64,000 nt of DNA, taken from Paraspadella gotoi. Taxonomy: Eukaryota > Animalia > Chaetognatha. This document shows, in pieces, positions 26,115-36,677 of this stretch (positions are counted from its first letter, which is position 1; the number at the start of each line of letters is the position of its first letter). Location: NCBI GenBank assembly GCA_051294375.1, contig CM119265.1, forward strand, positions 28,978,540 through 29,042,539, in the 5' to 3' direction. The notes under the pieces were generated by a model. It saw nothing but the letters and a program-made list of their open reading frames with translations, was not told the origin of the DNA and did no database searches. A program made the position numbers and the translations under genes.

Positions 26115-27445
26115 TCCATTGGGATTCCTCCAACAGGATTCTCCCATGCGGGATTCCTCCCACGCGGGATTCCTCTCACACGGGATTCCTCCACGCGGGA
26201 TTCCTCCCACACGGGATTCCTCCCATGCGGGATTCCTCCCAGACGGGATTCCTCCCACACGAAATTCATCCCACGTGGGATTCCTCCCACGCGGGATCCC
26301 TCCCACACGGGATTCCTCCCACGCGGGATTCCTCCCACACGGGATTCCTCCAGCGGATTCCTCTCAAACGGGATTCCTCCAATAGAAAAAAAAAACAAGT
26401 TTGAGCAAACAATGTCGGATCTGCCTACGATAATTAAGTGGTAATAAGCTAACTTGGTCAACTTGCATAATTTAATCAACTTGCATATTTGGTCAATGGC
26501 ATAAATTTGGTCAACTGACATAATTTTGTCAGCTGGCATAATTTGGTCAACTGACAAAATTTGGTCAACTGGCATAATTTGGTCAACAGGCATAATTTGG
26601 TCAACTGGCATAATTTGGTCAACCTGCAGAATTTGGTCAACTGGCATATTTTTGTCAATTGGCATAATTTGGTCAATCAATCAATCAATCAATCAGAGAG
26701 AGATAGAGAGAGAGAAACTTTAAAAAATTCAAATAAATGTGTCTTTTGGTTTTCTAATTTGAACTCTTTTCCACAACTACGATTACATCAAAAATTTATA
26801 TCCAGCTTTATCACATACTTTCCTACCCACACACAAAATTTTATTTTAATGAATCAATTTTTTTCCTTGCAACAAGAAAATGCAACAAGAAAGTTAATCA
26901 CAATTTAAGGGCAGGAATCCCGTGTAGGAGGAATGCGTGTGGGAGGAATCCCGTGTGGGAGGAAATCAGTGTGGAGGAATCCTGTGTGGCGAGGAATCCC
27001 GCGTGGAGGAAATCCCTGCGGCTGTGGGAGGAATCCCGTGTGGGAACCGCGTGGGAATCCCGCGTGGGAGGAATCCGTGTGGGAGGAATCCCGATGTGGG
27101 AGGAATCCCGCGTGGGAGGAAATCCCCGTGTTGGGAGGAATCCAGTGTGGGAGAATCCGTGTGGGAGGAATCCCGTGTTCGCGCAGGAATCCCGCGTGGG
27201 AGGAATTCTTTGGGGAGGAATTCCGTGTGGGGAGGAATCCCGTGTGGGAGGAATTCTATGGGGAGGAATTCCATGGGGAGGAATCCCGTGTGGGAGGAAT
27301 TCCTTGGGAAGGAATTAGGTGTGGGAGGAATCCCGCGGGGAGGAATCCCGTGTGGGAGGAATCCCATGGGGAGGAATCCCGCGTGGGAGGAATCCCGCGT
27401 GGGAGGAATCCAGTTGGGAGGAATCCCGTGTGGGAGGAATACCAC
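26115..27445. repeat. Two oppositely oriented ~17-bp minisatellite arrays (26118-26382 and 26910-27440) flanking a HINE fragment
   Basis: Left unit gggattcctcccacacg; right unit cgtgtgggaggaatccc, its reverse complement. Confidence 0.85.
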
Positions 27446-28578
27446 AGCCACCAAAATTTTAGGTCAATTGTGTGATCCACTGACGAACGGACGGACGGAC
27501 GTACGGAAGTACGGAAGTATGGACGGACGGACGGACGGACGGTCGGTCGGTTATATTTTTATTGCATAATTTATCATAATTAGATGTTCTGAAATGATTT
27601 AAATGATTTACCGACAAGATTTTGGGATGGGACCGACAGAATTGTAAAGCCGGGATCTGCTGTGAGCAGATTCGAATAAAAATACAGGTTTTCGGGAAAA
27701 ATGACTTGAAATATGTAGATTCACGTAATAAAGAAGGAAAACAATTAAATTTTAACTCCTCCTTGCGTAACTATTCAATTCTTGAATGGCAACATTTGTT
27801 TTATCTTTTAATTATTCATTCTCTCAACTCTCAATTCAAGCATGATGATTTATTAGTAGCATTCGTTTCAACGTCATCGCAGGCACCAGAAGAAATGTAA
27901 TACACGAGTATATTTTCATAATGGAGAAAATGGTGTAACAGAACAATTTTTTTTTTGTTTTCCATATATTTCTTAGACATACCGACCGACCGACCGATTA
28001 ACTCGGCAATCTGGGAATCAATAAACGAAAGCTTGTAGGTTTCTGCTATGTTATTATCTTGTAAGAGTGATGGAGACCTTAAGCCACCAAAGCCTGTCCA
28101 TTGGACAATGTCCAATAAAGCGTAGTAAAAATCCTAAATTTAACTTTAATTGAGGAACGAATAATATTATACTAATTAATATTTATATATAAACAAATTG
28201 TATAATAAATTTTACAATTTACGCAGTAGGCCAAATTTATACTAGTACTAATCCAATAAATGTTAAAATCTTAAAATAGTTTTTGTAAGATTATTTTGCA
28301 GATTTGGATTCGTCATGAAAAGTTGATATAAAGAAATTTCTTCAAGTTGATCAAAGATAAAAAAAACTTTATTTTAAGCTAAAAATTACATTTTTATGTA
28401 TTAAATATAGTTTTTCTAATATTTAACCCACTTAATGAAATAATTTTTAAAAATGATTTATNNNNNNNNNNNNNNNNNNNNNNNNNATATTTCTTTATCA
28501 ACTTTGACGAGGAATTTTATAAGGATAGTACAATTTAGTACTATATATAAATATAGCCTACTGCGAAAATTGAAGAAC

Positions 28579-29256
28579 TGAAGCAGACAGTAATTATTTG
28601 TATGTGTTAGTTACGAGAACCGTTTTCAATATAAGCAGTCCCAGAGCTGCGGATCAGGCTGTAACACCGGTGCTACAGGCGTGTGTTAAGCGGCCCCCTC
28701 CTTCTTAACTGCTAGGAAACCACGGGGCTCAGACACCCTGGACCTTTGGGTTGGGAGGCGAAATGACTTGCCCTCGGCACCAATGGCCGCTGATGAATGG
28801 TTGGTGGATTTTAGTCCACCAAATACATCCCCCCCTCCCGTAGGGAGAAGTCTGTTGCGTCTCTTCTGTAGAATTGTTGTTGGTGGAAACTTACGATCAC
28901 CCAAGTTGAGGCATGTGCCTGATGTGTTTGTTGCCAGGAAAGATGCATCGCCAGGTTGAGGCATGTTTCGCCTGAAAGTGTTTGTTATTGCTGTTGGTGT
29001 TCGGAAGTCGGGGCTCACCAATGAAGAGACAGTAATTATTGTATGTGTTAGTTACAGAACCGTTCAATATAAGCAGTCCCTGAGCTTCGGATCAGGCTGT
29101 AACACTGTGCTACAGGCGGGTTAAGCGCCCCGCCCTCTTAACTGCTAGGCAACCACCGGGCTAGAACCCCGGACCTTTGCTTGGGAGGCGAATGACTTGC
29201 CTCCAGCACCAATTGGCCCGCTGATGAACGGTTTGGTGGATTTTAGTCCACCAGTA
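28579..29256 (-). mobile_element. Full-length tRNA-containing TRIM (family 1): LTR 29256-29022, PBS ~29020-29008, internal region, PPT ~28840-28828, LTR 28825-28579
   Basis: Two ~240-bp direct repeats; PBS TGGTGAGCCCCGAC next to the 5' LTR; PPT GGGAGGGGGGGA; GAAC TSD at 28575-28578 and 29257-29260. Confidence 0.88.
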
Positions 29257-29580
29257 GAACATAAAGAATTATTTTTTTAAAAAATCCACTGGATGGTTAT
29301 GTTGGTTCGATAATTGACATTTAAAATTTTGCGTATGTAACTTTCACTACGCTCTACTGTTCAAGAGTCGAGGGGCAAGGATAGTTTATTTTTTAACTGA
29401 GATGGAGTAATTTTATATGGTTTGTACTATTTTCATATAATTTAGTTCAGTGCTTGGTGCTTGGGTGCTTGGTAGTTGGTCGAAAGCTTGAATGACTCTA
29501 CTGGATTTGGGCGCGGTCGACAGCACGCGTAGGAACGTCACCTCCGCCCACGGAAATTCCCGCAGACTTCGTCGTCATCG

Positions 29581-29612
<32 letters not shown>

Positions 29613-30737
29613 TTTTTGAGAATCGTTCTCATCGACTTCGCGGATCAAAAAACGACTAAAAAAAAAAAAAAAATTGTTCGTTCCCAATATATTTTTAATA
29701 TGAATCCATTTGAGAATTAAACATATATATTGGAGTGGAAAAGTAATTTAAAATTCCTTCCTGAGGTAATATTTAACTGACGATTCTGGATACTGCTTAG
29801 GCTTGTTAAATATTGTAGTAATATAAATGTTAGCGAGGACGTGGGCGAAAAAAAAATTAGGGCCGGTTTTCGACAGAAAAAAACTAAAAAAAATAAAATG
29901 ATTTGGCTTGCTATATAACTTCAATTACCATTTATGTAAACTTAAGTTTTTTTCCGTATCTTTATCGGTTCTGATTAATAATATTTTTTTGTATAAAGAG
30001 AAGTGATTTAAGGAAAAATGTTTTAAATGAGAAAGTTTCCTCACATTTCTTCAAATCTGAAGATCATTGCTATCGCTAGAGCCAAACTTTGTCAATGGGT
30101 GGGTCAGAAGTTTGATTTGGGAACCTTTCCAAATGAAACTTCATACATTTCTGAGAAACTTTAAATGGAGCAAAATTTTCTAAATGGCTAGAAGCATTAG
30201 TAATTAATTTTTTAATATTTATTTATAGATAGGAAATGTAAAAAAAAATTTTTTGAATTTTTTTATTTTTAAAAGCGGATTCAAATAGCTTATAAAAAGT
30301 TATCTACACAAAGTATAATTCTTTTTCAATATTTTGATGATAAGTGGGTTAAAATTAAGAAAAACCTTAAAAAATCATCATCATTATCATCATCCGATGA
30401 TTTTAGCAGTTTTACTAATTTTTAGTAATTAAACATCAAAATTTTAAAAGTTGTAATTATATATTTTTTTGTTTAACTTTTAAGCTCTATCAGAATCAAT
30501 TAAAAATTTAAAATATCAAAAAAAAATTTTAACATTATATAGCAATATAATAATATTAATTAGCGAATTAACTCATGGTTCGGAACATTTTGCAAAAAAT
30601 TATTTTAACACAATAATTAATACCAATAATGGATTAGTTTAATCCTGTTCCCATTATAATTAGAATTTGGTCGGCTACCGCTACTATCGCGATGTTTTTA
30701 TTTGCAAAAAGGGAAACATTGCGCAAAGGGTACGACC

Positions 30738-31010
30738 CATTTTCACAGATGGCCGTCACCCGGAGACATAATACATTCACACTTCACCACTTTTCACAGA
30801 TGGCCATCACCGAGACAATTTTACCTCACACTTTCACCGCTTTTCACAGATGGCCGTCACCGAGACCATAATACCTTTGCACTTTCACCGCTTTTCACAG
30901 ATGGCCGTCATGGAGATAATAATACCTCGCACTTTCACGCTTTTCACAGATGGCATCACCGAGACCATAATACATTCACACTTTTACCGCTTTTCACAGA
31001 TGGCCGTCAC
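30738..31010 (+). repeat. ~50-bp tandem array (6 units), each containing splice acceptor plus exon start (ttttcacag|atggc); second copy at 34365-34560
   Basis: tttcacagatggc at ~30741, 30792, 30841, 30892, 30942 and 30991. Confidence 0.85.
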
Positions 31011-32627
31011 GGACAACGACAATGACGAAGGTGGAAAAGTCCTGACGAGAAAATCCGGGCAAAGATTTTATGGATGCAAAGAATTTGACGGAAAAGAGAT
31101 TTGAAAAAAAATGTTGACGTCGATGTTGAGGTTAGGAATATTGTCTGTCTGTCTGTCCGTCTGTCTATCCGTTTGTCAGTCTTGAAGTGTCAATTCCCTA
31201 CGTGTCTCCCTACCTAACTGTCTGTCTCTCAGCATATCTTTCAGGCAGACTCGCTCTCTGTCTTTCTATATCTCTCGGATACAAACTGCCTGAGTGTCTC
31301 TCTGCCTAATCGTCTTTCGGCTTTCCGTCTCTGGGTCCATTTGTCTGCCTGTCTATCTGTTTCCTTTGTGTTTTTCCATCTTTCTATCTTCCAGGTTCTC
31401 GATCTTAGTCACTGCTTGTCTATATATATGTCTGTCTCATGTCCAATTTGTCCATTTATCGGTTTATTTTTGTAACTTTCTTTCCGTTCGCCTTTCTAAA
31501 CATTTTTGTAAACATTTTCTCCCCCAGAAAAACAACCTGGATTCTTGTTTCCCCGAGAAACGAGATTATCTCGTTACAGCAGCGGATTTACTGACCCCGA
31601 TTCTGGCTGCGCTAAATCCGATGCATCTCGACTTCGGAGAATGACTCCAAATCCACCGGTCAAGTTCGCCTTTAGATTTTTTGGGTTTTTTTTTAGGCTC
31701 CATTTTCGGGGATGTGTTTTTTGTATATAAAATATTATATAAATCCTTTTTAGTTTTTAACGCCACATTACTAAAATAATAGCTATTTTCATAAACAATT
31801 CAATATTTGCCATTTATATTCGAATTATTTTTTAAGTCATCATCTGGGCTAAGGAGTCATAACATAAAACTTATAAAAACCCAAAATATTAAATTATAGA
31901 CAAATATAGATGAAATGAAATATAAACGTTAAATGTAAATAATAAAAATTAGTTCTCTTAGTCTGAAAATAATTTTCATTTTAATTTATACTTTGACTCT
32001 GAAGAGAGAGTAATTATAGTTATTATTAGTAACAGAACGTTCAATATAAGCAGTCCTGAGCTTCGGATGAGGCTGTAACACTAGTTACAGGCGGGTTAAG
32101 CGCCCATACTCTCCATTTTCATAAATTTAATAATTAAATTTGTTATTCAGACCAAAGGAGATGGAGATGGAGAGGGTGAAGGAAAAGACGTTGAAGCAGG
32201 CGAGATGCCTGTCGAGGAGAGGAGATGCTGGAGGACGCGCCTGTCGATTGGTCCATCGTAGCCTGTTCCGTGATTTTGGCCTGGGTCTCGGTGAGACAAA
32301 TTTTATTTTGGCAAGTGCATTTATTATCACGTTTGGCGAAAAGTTTATGATCAACATTATCACTCAATCATTTGGTTATCATCACATCGATCATTTGGTT
32401 ATCATCGCATCAATTATTGTTATCATCGTATCAATATTGTTATCATCTCATCAATCAATTGGTTATCATCGCATCAATCCTTTGGTTATCATCGCATCAA
32501 TATTTGGTTATCATTGAAGGGAGGTTCGATCCTATTCTTTTAAGATCTTTTATGCTTTAATTTTATTATCAGTACATAAAATGTAAATACTATATATAAA
32601 TATAGCCTACTGCGAAAATTGAAGAAC

Positions 32628-32861
32628 TGAAGAGACAGTAATTATTTGTATGTGTTAGTTACAGAACCGTTCAATATAAGCAGTCCCTGAGCTTCGGATC
32701 AGGCTGTAACACCGTGCTACAGGCGGGTTAAGCGCCCCGCCCCTCTTAACTGCTAGGCAACCACCGGGCTAGAACCCCGGACTTTTGCGTTAGGAGGCGA
32801 ATGACTTGCCTCCGGCACCAATGGCCGCTGATGAACGGTTGGTGGATTTTAGTCCACCATA
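32628..32861 (-). mobile_element. Solo LTR of TRIM family 1
   Basis: Single LTR (minus strand TATGGTGGAC...TCTCTTCA) flanked by the GAAC TSD at the same site as the full element in duplicate copy A. Confidence 0.88.
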
Positions 32862-33170
32862 GAACATAAAATTATTTTTTTTAAAAATCACTGATGGTAT
32901 GTTGTTCATAATTGACATTTAAAATTTTCGTATGTAACTTTCACTACGCTCTACTGTTCAAAGTCAGGGGCAAGATAGTTTATTTTTTAACTGAATGGAT
33001 AATTTTATACTGGTTGTACAATTTCATATAATTTAGTTCAGTGCTTGGTGCTTGGTGCTTGGTAGTTGGTCGAAAGCTTGAATGACTCTACTGGATTTGG
33101 GCGCGGTCGACAGCACGCGTAGTAACGTCACCTCCGCCCACGGAAATTCCCGCAGACTTCGTCGTCATCG

Positions 33171-33223
<53 letters not shown>

Positions 33224-34287
33224 TTTTTGAGAAATCGTTCTCATCGACTTCGCGGATCAAAAAACGACTAAAAAAAAAAAAAAAAAATTGTTCGTTTCTC
33301 CAATATATTTTTAATATGAATCCATTTGAGAATTAAACATATATATTGGAGTGGAAAAGTATTTTAAAAATTCCTTCCTGAGGTAATATTTAACTGACGA
33401 TTCTGGATACTGCTTAGGCTTGTTAAATATTGTAGTAATAATAAATGTTAGCGAGGACGTGGGCGATAAAAAAAAATTTGGGCCGGTTTTTCGACATAAA
33501 AAAAAACTAAAAAAAATAATAAAAATGATTTGGCTTGCTATATAACTTCAATTACCATTTATGTAAACTTAAAGTTTTTTTCCGTATCTTTATCGGTTCT
33601 GATTAATAATATTTTTTTGTATAAAGAGAAGTGATTAAGGAAAAATGTTTTAATGAGAAAGTTTCCTCACATTTCTTCAAATCTGAAGATCTTGCTATCG
33701 CTAGAGCCAAACTTTGTCAATGGGGTGGGTCAGAAGTTTGATTTGGGAACCTTTCCAAATGAAACTTCATACATTTCTGAGAAAACTTTAAATGGAGCAA
33801 AAATTTTCTAAAATGGCTAGAAGCATTAGTAATTAATTTTTTAATATTTATTTATAGATAGGAAATGTAAAAAAAAATTTTTTGAATTTTTTATTTTTAA
33901 AAGCGGATTCAAATAGCTTATAAAAAGTTATCTACACAAAGTATAATTCTTTTTTCAATATTTTGATGATAAGTGGGTTAAAATTAAGAAAAACTTAAAA
34001 AATATCATCATTATCATCATCCGATGATTTTAGCAGTTTTTACTAATTTTTAGTAATTAAACATCAAAATTTTAAAAGTTGTAATTATATTTTTTGTTTA
34101 ACTTTTTAAGCTCTATCAGAATCAATTAAAAATTTAAAATATCAAAAAAAAAATTTTAACATTATATAGCAATATAATAATATTAATTAGCGAATTACTC
34201 ATGGTTCGGAACATTTTGCAAAAAATATTTTAACACAATAATTAATACCAATAATGGATTAGTTAATCCTGTTCCCATTATAATTAG

Positions 34288-35167
34288 AATTTGGTCGGCT
34301 ACCGCTACTATCGCGATGTTTTTATTTGCAAAAAGGGAAACATTGCGCAAAGGGTACGAAACCCATTTTCACAGATGGCCGTCACCTTTCCGCTTCACAG
34401 ATCCTCACCAGAATAATACCTTCACACTTTCACCACTTTTCACAGATGGCCATCACCGAGACCATAATACCTTTGCACTTTCACCGCTTTTCACAGATGG
34501 CNNNNNNNNNNNNCATAATACATTCACACTTTTACCGCTTTTCACAGATGGCCGTCACGGACAACGACAATGACGAAGGTGGCAAAAGTCCTGACGAGAA
34601 AAATCCGGGCAAAGATTTTATGGATGCAAAGAATTTGACGGAAAAAGAAGATTTGAAAAAAAATGTTGACGTCGATGTTGAGGTTGGGAATATTGTCTGT
34701 CTGTCTGTCCGTCTGTCTATCTGTTTGTCAGTCTTGAAGCGTCAATTCCCTACGTTTCTCCCTACCTAACTGTCTGTCTCTCAGCATATCTTTCAGGCAG
34801 ACTCGCTCTCTGTCTTTCTATGTCTCTCGGGCTATAAACTGGCTTGTCGGTTTGAATTCCTGAGTGTCTCTCTGCCTAATCGTCTTTCGGCTCTCCGTCT
34901 CTGGGTCCATTTGTCTGTCTGTCTGTCTGTTTCCTTTGTGTTTTTTCCATCTTTCTATCTTCCAGGTTCTCGATCTTAGTCACTGCTTGGCTATATATAT
35001 GTCTGTCTTCATGTCCAATTTGTCCATTTATCGGTTTATTTTTGTAACTTTCTGTCCGTCCACCTTTCTAAACATTTTTGTAAAACATTTCTCCCCCAGA
35101 AAAACAACCTGGATTCTTGTTTCCCCGAGAAACGAGATTTATCTCGTTACAGCAGCGGATTTACTGA
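34288..35167 (+). CDS. Putative small basic/acidic protein (exons 34288-34353, 34548-34682, 35153-35167); start exon unresolved; copy with indels at ~30664-31594
   Basis: Phase-0 joins give NLVGYRYYRDVFICKKGNIAQR|MAVTDNDNDEGGKSPDEKNPGKDFMDAKNLTEKEDLKKNVDVDVE|QRIY*. Confidence 0.5.
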
Positions 35168-35740
35168 CCCCGATTCTGGCTGCGCTAAATCCGATGCATC
35201 CTCGACTTCGGAGAATGACTCCAAATCCACGGGTCAAGTTCGCCTTTAGAATTTTTTGGGTTTTTTTTAGGGCTCCATTTTCGGGGATGTGTTTTTTTGT
35301 ATATAAAATATTATATAAAATCCTTTTTAGTTTTTTAACGCACATTTTAAAATAATAGCTATTTTCAAAAACAATTCAATATTTTGCCATTTATATTTCG
35401 AATTATTTTTTAAGTCATCATCTGGGCTAAGGGAGTCATAACATAAAAACTTATAAAAACCCAAAATATTAAATTATAGACAAATATAGATGAAATGAAA
35501 TATAAACGTTAAAATGTAAATAATAAAAATTAGTTCTCTTGGTCTGAAAATAATTTTCATTTTAATTTATACTTTGACTCTGAAGAGAGAGTAATTATAG
35601 TTATGTATTAGTAACAGAACCGTTCAATATAAGCAGTCCCTGAGCTTCGGATGAGGCTGTAACACTAAGTTACAGGCGGGTTAAGCGCCCCATAACTCTC
35701 CATTTTTAAATAATTTAATAATTTAAATTTGTTATTTCAG

Positions 35741-36123
35741 ACCAAAAGGAAGATGGAGATGGAGAGGGTGAAGGAAAAGACGTTGAAGCAGGCGAGATGC
35801 CTGTCGAGGAAGAGGAGATGCTGGAGGACGCGCCTGTCGATTGGTCCATCGTAGCCTGTTCCGTGATTTTTGGCCTGGGTCTCGGTGAGACAAATTTTAT
35901 TTTGCAAGTGCATTTATTATCACGTTTGGCGAAAGTTTATGTCCAACATTATCACATCAATCATTTGGTTATCATCACATCGATCATTTGGTTATCATCG
36001 TATCAATTATTGGTTATCATCGTATCAATATGTGGTTATCATCTCATCAATCAATTGGCTATCATCGCATCAATCCTTTGGTTATCATCGCATCAATCAG
36101 GAGGTTCGATCCTATTCTTTTAA
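35741..36123 (+). CDS. Putative acidic protein with C-terminal hydrophobic tail (exons 35741-35884, 36101-36123); copy at ~32151-32543
   Basis: xQKEDGDGEGEGKDVEAGEMPVEEEEMLEDAPVDWSIVACSVIFGLGL|GGSILFF*; GT-AG, phase 1. Confidence 0.55.
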
Positions 36124-36677
36124 GATCTTTTATGCTTTAATTTTATTATCAGTACATAAAATGTTTGCTTTTTATCAGTTTTTTTTTATTTTCTTAATTT
36201 AATTGTTTTGCTTTTCCTATTTTTCACTTGTATTTTAAAACAAATTCTTTTCAAATCTCTTAGTTTCTTATTTTTCCACCAGTTTTTCTCTCTACCATTG
36301 CATACGAAAAACAAAAGATTAGTTCGAATTGATTACCACGCAAAATTACGCTTTAAATATTTATGTTTTTCTTTTTTTTTTCGAATTGACTCATCTATAT
36401 TTGTGGTAGATTAATAAATTTAATTGATAAATAATTATAAACGCTTACTCAGACGGGCCAAAATTTAACAATTTTTACGATTTACCCTCTCAACTCGTTT
36501 ACTTACTTAAATGTTCTCTCGTAGTGAGAGTAGTAATAGTAAATATCAGATAAAAATAAAAATCTTATAATCTTAATTAATTAATAATTAATATATCTCC
36601 TATATCCCATAAAAAGCCCATTTCCCTTTTAACCCTTACTCTCCCGCAGCCACGGTCCTTCTCTACTTTTCCATCAG

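Larger units (their letters stand above)
28538..36163. repeat. ~3.6-4 kb tandem duplication (copy A ~28538-32583, copy B ~32588-36163)
   Basis: Near-identical colinear sequence; differences are mostly 1-nt indels, plus a full TRIM versus a solo LTR. Confidence 0.92.

Noticed and set aside
26039-27569. Many overlapping repetitive ORFs; CRISPR-like appearance
   Set aside because: Minisatellite translations; no unique spacers, no cas genes, eukaryotic context.
28790-28800. CTGATGA in the family-1 LTR as a hammerhead core (retrozyme)
   Set aside because: No stem II followed by GAAA and no cleavage triplet in the required arrangement.
33082-33336. Arg-rich protamine-like ORF
   Set aside because: The Arg run comes from a (CGT)n microsatellite whose length differs between the duplicate copies; likely UTR or promoter.
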